Shown: one piece after another, positions 18,167 through 27,558 of the stretch
Position numbering within the stretch: position 1 is the stretch's first letter
How the letters are laid out: every line of letters starts with the position of its first letter
Source: Nitrospirota bacterium
Lineage (GTDB): Bacteria > Nitrospirota > Thermodesulfovibrionia > Thermodesulfovibrionales > Dissulfurispiraceae
Direction of reading: 5' to 3'
Length of the DNA: 64,000 nt
Assembly: GCA_963830245.1 (NCBI GenBank)
Contig: CAWHNC010000090.1
Location: 59,187 to 123,186, forward strand
The notes under the pieces: generated by a model
Told to the model about the DNA's origin: nothing
Databases searched by the model: none
What the model saw: the letters and a program-made list of their open reading frames with translations, nothing else
Position numbers and translations under genes: made by a program

Positions 18167-19162
18167 ATGACCATGTCTTTTTTAACAAAGGCGGCCTTGC
18201 TCAAGGGACCTTACAATATCGATCTTGTAGAACGAGAGCTGGTCTGCGGCGAAGATGAAGTTATAGTAAAGAACCATTTGATAGGCATTTGCGGATCTGA
18301 CAAAAGTTTTTACCGGGGACAACTCCCGCCTAAAACAGCCGAATTCAGACAAGAGCCTAAATTCCCTTTTTGGTTGGGTCATGAGAGCGGAGGTACGGTT
18401 GTTGAAGTTGGTCCAAAGGTGAGAGACTTCAAAGCCGGTGACAAAGTTATTTGTTTTGGCTGGAACAATAATTTTGCGACATACTTTGTCGCCAAGGATT
18501 TTCAATTGCAGCCTGTTCCTGAGGGTCTGGACATGGATTTTGGCGCCCTGGGAGAACCTATCTCCTGTGCGATGTATTCAGGACTTAATTCGGGCGTTCA
18601 ATTGGGAGATGTTGTCGTAGTTATGGGAGGCGGGTTTGCGGGCCAGATCATTGCGCAATGCGCAAAACACAAAGGCGCTTATAAAGTGATTGTAGCTGAC
18701 ATCCTGGATGGAAAACTGAAATTGGCCCGGCAGTTGGGGGCGGATATAACAGTGAACCTGAAACGCGACAATATTGTGGAAGTTGTTTCGGAACTTACAA
18801 AGGGAAGAGGCGCTGATGTGGTTGTGGAGGCTGCCGGGTCGGCGGACTCGTTTAATACCGCTTCCGAAATTATCAGGCATAACGGCAAGTTTGTTTTTTA
18901 CAGCTGGGTGACTCAACCCATAACTCTGAACATAAGCCGCTGGCATGACGATGGGCTCGAATTCCTCAATACCTGCCTGGTCCATCACACATGGAGGGAA
19001 AGGTATGTCTGGACACCGCTGACACTTCGCCCGGTTATTCAGGGTCAAGTCCAAATCAGACCTTTGATTACTGATGAGTTCAAACTGGAAGATATTAAAT
19101 CCGGCTTTGAATTGGCTGATAAGGATGAAACAGCGATTAAGATCGTTTTTCGGATAGACTAG
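18167..19162 (+). CDS. Zn-dependent alcohol/polyol dehydrogenase (MDR family)
   Basis: GICGSDKSFYRG, GHESGGTVVEVG and VMGGGFAGQI. Confidence 0.8.
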   Translation: MTMSFLTKAALLKGPYNIDLVERELVCGEDEVIVKNHLIGICGSDKSFYRGQLPPKTAEFRQEPKFPFWLGHESGGTVVEVGPKVRDFKAGDKVICFGWNNNFATYFVAKDFQLQPVPEGLDMDFGALGEPISCAMYSGLNSGVQLGDVVVVMGGGFAGQIIAQCAKHKGAYKVIVADILDGKLKLARQLGADITVNLKRDNIVEVVSELTKGRGADVVVEAAGSADSFNTASEIIRHNGKFVFYSWVTQPITLNISRWHDDGLEFLNTCLVHHTWRERYVWTPLTLRPVIQGQVQIRPLITDEFKLEDIKSGFELADKDETAIKIVFRID

Positions 19163-19179
19163 CCTGTTGCCTTATCGTA

Positions 19180-19208
19180 TTGACAAGGGACCCTCCTCGT
19201 GCTATTTT
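19180..19208 (+). promoter_or_regulatory. possible promoter TTGACA-17-TATTTT
   Basis: TTGACA at 19180-19185, a 17-nt spacer, TATTTT at 19203-19208, 60 nt upstream of the ATG at 19268. Confidence 0.3.
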
Positions 19209-19267
19209 TCTCTCATACGGGAAAAGTAAATTCTTTTCATCAACGCAGGACTACAGAAGGAGGGGGC

Positions 19268-20182
19268 ATGGAACGAAAGGGCGGAACGGGCTCCGGGGCA
19301 CCCCTCGACTGCATCGTCATCGGGGCAGGCCCGGGAGGCCTGCAGGCCTGCATCCACCTGGGACGCTACAACTTAAAAGGACTGCTCTTCCATCGTCCCG
19401 GTGGGAGGACCCACCATGCAAAGCACATCGAGAACTACCTGGGGCACCACGCCATCTCTGGCCCGGACCTCCTGGAAACGGGCCTCGCCCAGGCGGAGAG
19501 CTTCGGCGTGGCTGTGGAGCGCGCACAGGTGGAGCGTGTCACAGCCCGGGAGGGGCACTTCGAGGTGATAGCCGCGGGGAAGACCTACAGCTCCCGCTTC
19601 GTCATCGCTGCCTCGGGGGCACGGGAGAGCCTAGCCCCTTTCAAGAACCTCGCGCGTTTCTTCGGCACCTCCTACTTCACCTGCATGATCTGCGACGGAT
19701 ATCGCACTACCGGCAGGAAGCTGCTCGTCATCGACCGCACCATCCATGGCGCTCGCCTCAGCGTCGGGATGAAGCAGCTGTTCACCAGCGACGTTACCTT
19801 CCTCTCCCATGGCTTCTCCCTGAACCCGGAGTACGCTGCGCTGCTCGATGAGGAGGGGATCGACCGGGTTGAGGGGAAACCGGAGGAGCTTCTCGGTGAG
19901 GATACCCTCTATGGGGTGAGGCTCGCCGACGGGCGTGTCATACCCTGCGAGGTCATCATGGGTTGGGGGGGGATATCCCTAAACGACGAGTATCTCGAAG
20001 GTCTGCCCCTGGAGCGCGATGCCGAAGGGTTCAAGATCGTAACGAGTGGCGCCGGCGAGTCAAGCGTCCCGGGCCTCTTCGTCCTCGGCGCTCTCCGCCA
20101 GGGCCACTCCCAGGCGATCATCTCCGCCGGCCAGGGGGCTGAGGCGGCGATCGAGATCACAACGAGGATCGTCGCGCTCTAA
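19268..20182 (+). CDS. thioredoxin-reductase-like FAD-dependent oxidoreductase, compositionally foreign
   Basis: DCIVIGAGPGGLQA, a redox CMICDGY (CxxC-DG) and GLFVLGA. SD gaaggaggggg. Hand-counted GC in two 60-nt samples is 67% and 63%, versus 37% and 42% in the flanks. Confidence 0.75.
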   Translation: MERKGGTGSGAPLDCIVIGAGPGGLQACIHLGRYNLKGLLFHRPGGRTHHAKHIENYLGHHAISGPDLLETGLAQAESFGVAVERAQVERVTAREGHFEVIAAGKTYSSRFVIAASGARESLAPFKNLARFFGTSYFTCMICDGYRTTGRKLLVIDRTIHGARLSVGMKQLFTSDVTFLSHGFSLNPEYAALLDEEGIDRVEGKPEELLGEDTLYGVRLADGRVIPCEVIMGWGGISLNDEYLEGLPLERDAEGFKIVTSGAGESSVPGLFVLGALRQGHSQAIISAGQGAEAAIEITTRIVAL

Positions 20183-20188
20183 CCCACA

Positions 20189-21292
20189 TTATTCAGGTAT
20201 TTGATAATAGAGGTAAACAGAAATCAGGGCAAATATGAGAGGCATAATCCATGGAGCGGCAAGCGGGTTTATCGCCCCGGTGTAACCCAGGGACAAAAAG
20301 ACAGAATATCCCAGCCAATAAACGAGGCTTATCAGAAGACCCATGCCTGCCGCAATAACGCCGCTGTGCGACTGAGACTTTTCATGGAGGATTTTCTGCA
20401 GCACTTTGTGATCGCCTCCTACTGATAGCGATATGCCCAGCAGCAGCATGAAAAAGTTGATAAGCGGGTATGATAGACGAGAACTTATATCAACACTGAG
20501 CTTGATGTTCTTAAAGCCCGCCTCAGCAAGCCTTTTCTGGTATCTGATTAACTCCATCATGCTCATTTCCTCGACTGTCCAGAGGTCCTCCCGGAATATT
20601 TTTGGAGATTCAATATTCGGGTATGCCATTTCCGGCAGGCTCGAGATCTTTCCGTTCGACATATCGTACAATGTAACAGTCTTCAGCTTCCATGCCGAAC
20701 CTTCCCATTCGGCAGTTTCGGCATTTATCCGTTCTTTCAACTGCCCCGCGTCAAACTGAAAAATGCTGACATCCTTTGAGATATTCTTGTCCGGCAAATA
20801 AAGCCCGATACGCACTATGGAACCGTCCTTTCCCCTCATATAGAGTGTGCCTTCCTTGAAGGTCACTTCTTTCTTTTTTTCCGTTATTTGGTTTCTTATC
20901 GATTTTATTCGCTTTGCTGTGGCCGGAATCACTATTTCCTCAAGTCCGAAACCGAGCAGCGTGAGCGCAAGTCCGATGGCCAGAAAAGGCAGGAGGATGC
21001 GTTTCATTCTTCCTGATGCTGCCTTAATGATGATTATTTCCTTTCTTTTGATCGCCTGAGAGAAAATAAAGAGGCTGGCAAGCAGCGTTGACATTGCCAT
21101 AAGATAATGGAAATACTTTGGGATTGTCATAACAGTATACTCGAAAAGCAATTTCAGCGCAGGCTTATGCGGCATGAATTCGTCAATTTTATCGATGAGG
21201 CCGATTATACTGAAGATAAGCGATATGCCGAGCCCCAGCACAATGAGCGCTTTCAAAAATTCCTTTATATAAAGTTTTTGTATAATTAACAT
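20189..21292 (-). CDS. lptG: LPS export ABC permease LptG (YjgP/YjgQ family)
   Basis: MLIIQKLYIKEFLK N-terminus, about 6 TM segments with a large periplasmic loop, adjacent to an lptF-like paralogue. Confidence 0.75.
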   Translation of the reverse strand: MLIIQKLYIKEFLKALIVLGLGISLIFSIIGLIDKIDEFMPHKPALKLLFEYTVMTIPKYFHYLMAMSTLLASLFIFSQAIKRKEIIIIKAASGRMKRILLPFLAIGLALTLLGFGLEEIVIPATAKRIKSIRNQITEKKKEVTFKEGTLYMRGKDGSIVRIGLYLPDKNISKDVSIFQFDAGQLKERINAETAEWEGSAWKLKTVTLYDMSNGKISSLPEMAYPNIESPKIFREDLWTVEEMSMMELIRYQKRLAEAGFKNIKLSVDISSRLSYPLINFFMLLLGISLSVGGDHKVLQKILHEKSQSHSGVIAAGMGLLISLVYWLGYSVFLSLGYTGAINPLAAPWIMPLIFALISVYLYYQIPE

Positions 21293-21350
21293 AATAAAAC
21301 CCTATTGCCTATACCCTATTTTCATTTCCTGTTCACCCTGTCGAACACTA

Positions 21351-22382
21351 CTAACGCGAATACCGCCAGTATAGTAAAGGAGAGCCAGCGCCGGCGATAA
21401 GGGGCAATTTACCTGATCGCGCCAGGTTCTCGCCATAAATGAGTAATGTATAGTAAATGGCAAACACAGATAAACCAACGGTCAACCCCCCCAGCTTCCC
21501 GGATTTTCCAGCCATAAGAGACAGGGCCGGGCCAAGGAAAATTATTATAAGGCATATGGCAGGCATCGAAATCCTGCGGTAAAATTCAAGTAAATAAGGA
21601 ATCTTTTTATCCGGGATTGTTCTCGCCCCATTCAACAGTTCGACCGGCGTCAGTTCGCTGTTTTTCGGGTCCCCCGGATCAATTGAAGGAGTTAACTTGA
21701 AATGATACTTTCCGAATTGTATCTCGGTGATCATTGCATTATTCGTAATATAAACGTGGCCGTTCGATAGAGAAAAACTTAACGTGTCATTTTCCGGCAC
21801 TATTGCTCCCTCACTCGCAACGATTATCTTTTGTTCATCCTTTTTCCTTTCATCAACGATGAAAATACCGGACAGTCGGGTCGGGGAGGGTTTTTCTCTC
21901 ACCAGTATCATAATGTCCTTGAATGCCGTATTGAAAATGCCTTCTTCAATAGTCATCGGCGCCCGCTCAGTCAGTATTTCAGTCAGCCCCTTTCTCAGGT
22001 AAGTGCTTCCTTTAGGACTTAAATAGAAGCTGATTCCAATGCCGACGACAAAGCACACCAACCCCAAATAGACGACGGGAATTGCTATGGCCTTGAACGG
22101 CATACCACTCGTCTTCAGTATAATGATCTCGTTGTCGGTGCCCATCCTTCCGTAAGCGAGCAGAACGGACAGCAGCATAGCCATGGGTATGGTGAGGATA
22201 AGTATCTGCGGCTGCAGGTACAAGACTATTTTTGCGATATCCGATAACGATGCTCCCACGCCCGCAAGGAGCCTGCTCAGGCGCAGCAGTTTTTCCATCA
22301 TCAATGTGAAATTGAGGAAAAGGATGGACAGAAAAAAAGATGAAAGCAGTTCTTTTAGAATAGACCGGTGAATTATCAGCAT
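21351..22382 (-). CDS. lptF: LPS export ABC permease LptF (YjgP/YjgQ family)
   Basis: MLIIHRSILKELLSSF N-terminus at ATG 22382 and the same topology as lptG. The ORF extends to a TTG at 22493. Confidence 0.75.
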   Translation of the reverse strand: MLIIHRSILKELLSSFFLSILFLNFTLMMEKLLRLSRLLAGVGASLSDIAKIVLYLQPQILILTIPMAMLLSVLLAYGRMGTDNEIIILKTSGMPFKAIAIPVVYLGLVCFVVGIGISFYLSPKGSTYLRKGLTEILTERAPMTIEEGIFNTAFKDIMILVREKPSPTRLSGIFIVDERKKDEQKIIVASEGAIVPENDTLSFSLSNGHVYITNNAMITEIQFGKYHFKLTPSIDPGDPKNSELTPVELLNGARTIPDKKIPYLLEFYRRISMPAICLIIIFLGPALSLMAGKSGKLGGLTVGLSVFAIYYTLLIYGENLARSGKLPLIAGAGSPLLYWRYSR

Positions 22383-22560
22383 GCCATGTATAAAATATCC
22401 TATATTCAGTAAAAAGGTCAAAAAAGACGGTAGCGGGTCAGCCTGTTTTTGCTCTGGATCAATACCGGGAAAATCGATCTTCGGAACGGCCAAATGTTAT
22501 AATTAATGAAGATTGTAAAAATAACTGACCTGCGCCAAAACGTCAAGTCGGGAGGCAATT

Positions 22561-22998
22561 ATGATGCATATAAAGAAGGCTTCAGATTTATTTCGTAACG
22601 GTTTCAATTGTTCTCAGTCAGTTTTTGCCGCTTTTGCGAAAGACTACGGACTGGACGAAGCGCAGGCATTGAAACTGGCTTGCGGGTTAGGCGGCGGGAT
22701 GGGATGCACGGCAAGGACCTGCGGAGCTGTGACAGGGGCGTTATTGGTCTTAGGGTTGAAGTACGGCAGCAGCCGGGCGGAAGACAAAGACTCAAAACCC
22801 TTAACCTACAGGAAAGTCAGGGACTTCATAGAAGAATTTGAAAAAAGGCGTGCATCGATTGAGTGCAGGCGATTAATAGGAACTGATATAAGCTCCCCAA
22901 AAGGGTTCGCGGAAGCAACGGAAAAGAAGCTTTTCAAAACTATCTGTCCCCAAATAGTGGAAGATGCCGCAGATATATTGGGGAAAATGATTTTATAG
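22561..22998 (+). CDS. C_GCAxxG_C_C family protein
   Basis: FNCSQSV...ACGLGGGMG...TCGAVTGA...ICPQIV is the defining Cys pattern. Confidence 0.75.
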   Translation: MMHIKKASDLFRNGFNCSQSVFAAFAKDYGLDEAQALKLACGLGGGMGCTARTCGAVTGALLVLGLKYGSSRAEDKDSKPLTYRKVRDFIEEFEKRRASIECRRLIGTDISSPKGFAEATEKKLFKTICPQIVEDAADILGKMIL

Positions 22999-23069
22999 GC
23001 AAGCTTTAAAATTGCTTTTTAAGGCGATTTGCATTATGCTAATAGTATCAAATATATGGAGGTTAGAGT

Positions 23070-23390
23070 ATGGTTACCATATCAGAAAAGGCGGTAGAAA
23101 AAGCAAAGGCCATATTGGCTGCGGAGGGCAAAGACAGTTGGGGACTTAGAATTTATAGTGCCGGCGGTGGATGCTGTGGTCCATCGTATGGCCTTGATAT
23201 AGATGAGAAACCGCTGTCTGATGACGAGATTATCGAGAAAGACGGTTTAAAAGTTTTTGTTGACAGGAACATGGCCGGCACGCTTGCAGGTATGCAACTC
23301 GACTACTTTGACGATGGAGATCGGGAAGGATTTACGCTTTCAGGAGGCGCTGCTCCTTCATGCAGTTCCGGCTGCAAAAGTTGCGGATAA
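23070..23390 (+). CDS. HesB/IscA-type iron-sulfur cluster insertion protein
   Basis: [13 protein letters not shown]...GLRIY...[11 protein letters not shown]..., about 106 aa, with a Cys-rich C-terminus. Confidence 0.7.
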   Translation: MVTISEKAVEKAKAILAAEGKDSWGLRIYSAGGGCCGPSYGLDIDEKPLSDDEIIEKDGLKVFVDRNMAGTLAGMQLDYFDDGDREGFTLSGGAAPSCSSGCKSCG

Positions 23391-23400
23391 AAAAACCGTA

Positions 23401-24372
23401 ATGTTTCCTGTACATCGTTTCAGGAGATTAAGAAAGAACGAGGCAATCAGGAGGATGGTGAGGGAAACCGCCATTTCTCCTGATTGTTTTATTTATCCAC
23501 TGTTTGTTACCTTCGGCAGAGGAGTCAAAAAAGAGATTTCCTCAATGCCAGGCTGCTACCAGGAGTCTGTTGATGTCATAGTCGGCAGCGCAAAAGAGGC
23601 GCATTCCCTGGGCATCCCGGCAATAATGCTCTTCGGTATCCCTGAGAACAAAGACGAACTCGGCACTTCTGCTTATGATGAGAAAGGCGTGGTGCAGGAT
23701 GCTATTAAAGCTATAAAAAATGCTCTGCCGGAACTTTATGTGATAACGGATGTGTGCATGTGCGAATATACGAGCCACGGACACTGCGGGATCATTGACA
23801 ATGGCGATGTGGACAATGATAAAACTCTCAGGCTGCTTGCCATGGAAGCCGTGTCCCATGCAAGGGCCGGGGCCGATATGATTGCCCCTTCCGACATGAT
23901 GGACGGCAGGGTTGCTGCTATCAGGACCGCCCTCGACAAGGAGGGCTTTACGGACACCCCTATAATGTCCTATGCCGCAAAATACTCTTCAGCTTTTTAT
24001 GGACCGTTCAGGGAAGCCGCAGAATCCACGCCACAGTTCGGAGACAGGCGCACTTACCAGATGGACCCTGCAAACAAGCGTGAGGCGCTGAAAGAAGTTG
24101 CTCTCGACATAGAAGAAGGCGCTGATATTATAATGGTGAAACCGGCTCTGGCATACCTCGATATAATTGCTTCGGTAAAGTCCTCTTGCGATCTGCCTGT
24201 AGCGGCCTACAATGTAAGCGGCGAATACTCAATGATCAAGGCCGCGGGACAACTCGGCTGGATTGATGAAAAAAGGGCAATGATGGAAATGCTGCTGTCT
24301 ATAAAGCGAGCAGGCGCCGACATCATAATCACCTATTTCGCAAAAGAAGCGGCAAGAGTTTTAAACAGTTAA
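23401..24372 (+). CDS. hemB: porphobilinogen synthase (delta-aminolevulinate dehydratase)
   Basis: [59 protein letters not shown] and [11 protein letters not shown]. Confidence 0.9.
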   Translation: MFPVHRFRRLRKNEAIRRMVRETAISPDCFIYPLFVTFGRGVKKEISSMPGCYQESVDVIVGSAKEAHSLGIPAIMLFGIPENKDELGTSAYDEKGVVQDAIKAIKNALPELYVITDVCMCEYTSHGHCGIIDNGDVDNDKTLRLLAMEAVSHARAGADMIAPSDMMDGRVAAIRTALDKEGFTDTPIMSYAAKYSSAFYGPFREAAESTPQFGDRRTYQMDPANKREALKEVALDIEEGADIIMVKPALAYLDIIASVKSSCDLPVAAYNVSGEYSMIKAAGQLGWIDEKRAMMEMLLSIKRAGADIIITYFAKEAARVLNS

Positions 24373-24427
24373 TCACACTCCGGAGACTTATCAGTTTCAT
24401 ATTTCAAAGTGTATCATTCTGATGACA

Positions 24428-24751
24428 TTATTGCAGATCAATTACTTTTTTCAAGTGACGAAATCCGGAAGCTGCAGTGGGCCAGCCGGCGTAAAATGCA
24501 ATATGAGTAATCGCAGCCACAAGCTCTTCCTTCGTGAGACCGTTTTCAAAAGCCTTCTTAAGATGAAATTCGACTTGCTCTATACGATTCAGAGCAACCA
24601 AGCATGTGACAGTAATTAAGCTTTTATCGCGTTGCGAGAGTCCTGGACGTTTCCAGATATCACCGAAAAGAAAGTCTTGTGTAAGTTTCGCAAATTCCGG
24701 TGCTACAGCCTTTAAGTCATCTATCGCTTTTTGTTCGTCACTGCCTGCCAT
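24428..24751 (-). CDS. carboxymuconolactone decarboxylase (AhpD-like) family protein
   Basis: FGDIWKRPGLSQRDKSLITV...THIAFYAGWP is the CMD family pattern. Confidence 0.8.
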   Translation of the reverse strand: MAGSDEQKAIDDLKAVAPEFAKLTQDFLFGDIWKRPGLSQRDKSLITVTCLVALNRIEQVEFHLKKAFENGLTKEELVAAITHIAFYAGWPTAASGFRHLKKVIDLQ

Positions 24752-24865
24752 GTTTATCTCCTTTTTTAGTTGTTAAACTCAATGATTCCCCTATTTGTAT
24801 CCAATTCGACTCAAATGGACTATGAGATCTCTTAAGACTCTTCCCGAATTTTCATCCTCTCCCTC

Positions 24866-24994
24866 CGAAAAAAAAAGAGCCATATTTTATCAAAGTTATA
24901 CGCGCTTCCCTAAAACACACTAAATTATAACACGCTGCCGGTGCTTGTTCTATGAATTTTGCGATATTAAATATGCCGGAACATCTGCTTCCCG
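24866..24994. repeat. copy A of a ~130-bp direct repeat
   Basis: About four-fifths identical by eye, with a few indels, to 26698-26829. Carries TGTTATAAT (extended -10) on the minus strand at 24925-24933. Confidence 0.8.
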
Positions 24995-25218
24995 ATACTC
25001 ACAGAAAACATCATATCGCGGGATACCCGAAAATATAAATAGTTCTTTCGAAAATCGACGCCGGCATATCAACAGCCGGCATTCATGTTGGCTGTCTCTG
25101 CGAATGCAAGATTGCCTAAGACTTCACTAATTAACTGAGAGTGCAAGTGTTTATTCTGGAATAAAAAAGAAATTCGAGCGATAATTAAGCATATAATCAT
25201 CGTTTGGAGGTGTAAGAG

Positions 25219-25452
25219 GTGAAAAGAGTCTTGTTCGACGTGGGGAAAGAGCTATGCGGGGAATGTACTCTCGCTTTACGGAGATTTATCGGACATATGG
25301 AAGGGGTTGCGTCGATAGACATTGAAGCAGGTAAAGTTGCTGTAGCATTTGACAATGCAAAAATTGCCGAGCGTGATCTTCTAAAGATCACGACAGACAG
25401 TCTGGAGAAACTGGGATATCCCCCAAAAGTTGTCGATACTAGTGAGGAATAG
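25219..25452 (+). CDS. heavy-metal-associated (HMA) domain protein
   Basis: CGEC metal-binding motif in a ~70-aa beta-alpha-beta-beta-alpha-beta-sized protein. GTG start, GGAGG 8 nt upstream. Confidence 0.55.
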   Translation: MKRVLFDVGKELCGECTLALRRFIGHMEGVASIDIEAGKVAVAFDNAKIAERDLLKITTDSLEKLGYPPKVVDTSEE

Positions 25453-25454
25453 GC

Positions 25455-25871
25455 ATGCCATCATTCGTAGTACATGAGCATCATGCCCGGCGCCTCCATT
25501 TCGACGTCAGACTTGAGACGGACGGCGTGCTAAAATCATGGGCTGTGCCCAAAGGACCCTCAATGAATCCGTCTTACAAACGCCTTGCCATCATGGTAGA
25601 GGATCATGCGTTAGACTATGGCTCTTTTGAAGGCGTAATACCCGAGGGTGAGTACGGTGCAGGAAGGGTTGTCATTTGGGATCATGGCACATATGAACTA
25701 GTAAAAGGAACAATAGCCTGCGGCAAAATGGAATTGCTTCTTAAGGGGAAGAAGTTGAAAGGCGCTTTTGTCATGACAAGAATGAAGGGTAAGGAGAATG
25801 AGTGGCTGCTGATAAAAATGAGGGACGCTTATGCAGACCCATCCTTCAGAATTGAGACAGTCGTCAAATAG
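25455..25871 (+). CDS. stand-alone DNA ligase D 3'-phosphoesterase domain protein
   Basis: FVVHEHHARRLHFDVRLE...VLKSWAVPKGPS...EGEYGAG is the LigD-PE signature. Confidence 0.75.
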   Translation: MPSFVVHEHHARRLHFDVRLETDGVLKSWAVPKGPSMNPSYKRLAIMVEDHALDYGSFEGVIPEGEYGAGRVVIWDHGTYELVKGTIACGKMELLLKGKKLKGAFVMTRMKGKENEWLLIKMRDAYADPSFRIETVVK

Positions 25872-26058
25872 TGTGCGGGATTTAGCTGCAGTATGCAAAG
25901 TAAACCATTCACTCCTCAACCGGCAATATATTGCCTTCTGAATCAAACTTCGGGGAATTCACAGCATCAGACACCTTATACATCTTCATTCCCTCAGATC
26001 AACCTTTCCTTTCGGCAATATTACCGGCATCCTGTCGTGTATGTCCGCGCTTCAATCC

Positions 26059-26649
26059 TTATGGAGTGTCGATCTTATGTGCAGGCCAATAATATAAGGC
26101 GGCTTCTCCGCGTAGTCCGGGGCCGTTCTTTACTGCCACGACTTCCCTGCCGCGAAACCAGAAAGTGAGTGATACAACAGGTGTGCCGGGCTTGAGCATT
26201 TCATCGAGGAAGTTTGCCAGCTTCGGCATTTTTTTTATCATCAGGTAACAAGTAACCGCATCCGCATCCCGTAAATCAGAATTATAAAAATTGCCTCTTT
26301 GTAAAAACACATTGGGCATATTTCGTGTTCGAAGGCGGGCTATCCAGTAGGGGAAGGGCGACATTTCAATGCCCCGAATCTGTGCATCGGGGAAAGCGCG
26401 CGCCAGAGCAACCACAAGCATTCCCCAGCCACAGCCCAATTCATACACAATCGCCTGTTCTGATAGGTTCGCCTGTTTCAACAGAGCAATAATGTCGGCA
26501 GCCTCGGCAGAATTTGCCGGCATAGGCGGAACACCCGTAATAGCCTGAAACGCCAGCAATGATAAGCCAATCACCAAAACAATCAAAAGGACAGTGAACA
26601 AGAAAATATCAGGCATGGAGTAAGCTTCCCAGTTAAGCAGACAGTTCAA
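26059..26649 (-). CDS. class I SAM-dependent methyltransferase with an N-terminal TM helix
   Basis: VYELGCGWGMLVVALA (motif I). Start is TTG 26649 or ATG 26616. Confidence 0.75.
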   Translation of the reverse strand: MNCLLNWEAYSMPDIFLFTVLLIVLVIGLSLLAFQAITGVPPMPANSAEAADIIALLKQANLSEQAIVYELGCGWGMLVVALARAFPDAQIRGIEMSPFPYWIARLRTRNMPNVFLQRGNFYNSDLRDADAVTCYLMIKKMPKLANFLDEMLKPGTPVVSLTFWFRGREVVAVKNGPGLRGEAALYYWPAHKIDTP

Positions 26650-26697
26650 AGATATCTCTGTCGCATGAGTTTTTTTGCTTTAATATCAAACGCACCC

Positions 26698-26829
26698 CCG
26701 AAAAAGAGAGCCATATTTTTATCAGGGTTATACGCACGCCCTAAAAACACACAAATTATAACACGCCACCCGCTGCTTGTTCAGAGATGAATTTTCGGAT
26801 ATGAAAACATACCAAAACATCAGCTTCCC
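26698..26829. repeat. copy B of the ~130-bp direct repeat
   Basis: See copy A. Minus-strand TGTTATAAT at 26755-26763. Confidence 0.8.
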
Positions 26830-27144
26830 ATGAGAGTTTCGATTGCAGGTTCTGAAGGACATAAGCTACTGAATGAGCAGGGACCAGTAAAACACTGGGT
26901 CCTAACAGACATGCCACTCCCTGAGGGAGCGAATATGATTCTCTACAAGGATTGTGGTGTTGCATCTGCATACGCAAAAGCATCGATGAAAAAATTTGGG
27001 ATTGATTGGATTGATCATCCATGTTTTAAGTCTGAATTGTTTAACAGATATCGAATGCAGATAACTGTTTTAAATGGCAATCCTGATATCGCCGCATACA
27101 AACTCAAGTTTTTTTATTCCCAAAACTTATGGGTGAAGATTTAA
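26830..27144 (+). CDS. hypothetical protein (weak call)
   Basis: 104-aa ORF with a globular-looking composition, starting right at the end of repeat copy B. No family recognised and no clear SD. Confidence 0.3.
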   Translation: MRVSIAGSEGHKLLNEQGPVKHWVLTDMPLPEGANMILYKDCGVASAYAKASMKKFGIDWIDHPCFKSELFNRYRMQITVLNGNPDIAAYKLKFFYSQNLWVKI

Positions 27145-27558
27145 TAGCGGCAATCCTATTCTATAATGTTTCTCTCATAATTCTATTTTTAGGCATCTCT
27201 TTATTAGTTGTCATTTTTGTTAAATCGAGAAAATACTTGGTGAGAAAGTACCTTGACACGAATACGAAAACATGAGAGGTTTTCTATAGTTAGGAACATT
27301 TAGGTGACGGTGTTAACTTTGTTGATATAATGGGTGTCGGGTCTTTAGAGAGTGCCGCCGCAAGCTATTCCCGATAGAAATTATTTTCAGGAAGATTCAC
27401 ATTTTTCTAGTTTCCATATGTTCTGTACGGGAAATAATTAACACTGAGCAGAATTTATTATCAAAAGGACCCGATGGTGGCAGATGTCGACACGCCAGTT
27501 GTCGTGCTGCGGTTGTACATTTCTGGCAATAAGACGTGATGCCCTTTCCTATCGCCCT

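Noticed and set aside
19180-19851. A 223-aa Arg/Pro/Gly-rich ORF overlapping the thioredoxin-reductase-like gene.
   Set aside because: It is a shadow frame caused by the very high GC content. The other frame has clear FAD, CxxC and Rossmann motifs and a strong SD.
24945-25130. A 61-aa plus ORF, together with an 88-aa minus ORF at 26756-27022, overlapping the 130-bp repeats.
   Set aside because: Both have low-complexity, implausible sequences and no RBS. The repeat similarity is not maintained in a coding-like (third-position) pattern.
27474-27539. A 21-codon ORF (MVADVDTPVVVLRLYISGNKT) resembling the first strand of KaiB/thioredoxin-like proteins, in the 414-bp non-coding gap before doc.
   Set aside because: The match is only ~10 residues and the ORF ends at a stop with no continuation in any frame. 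It is too short to call a pseudogene.
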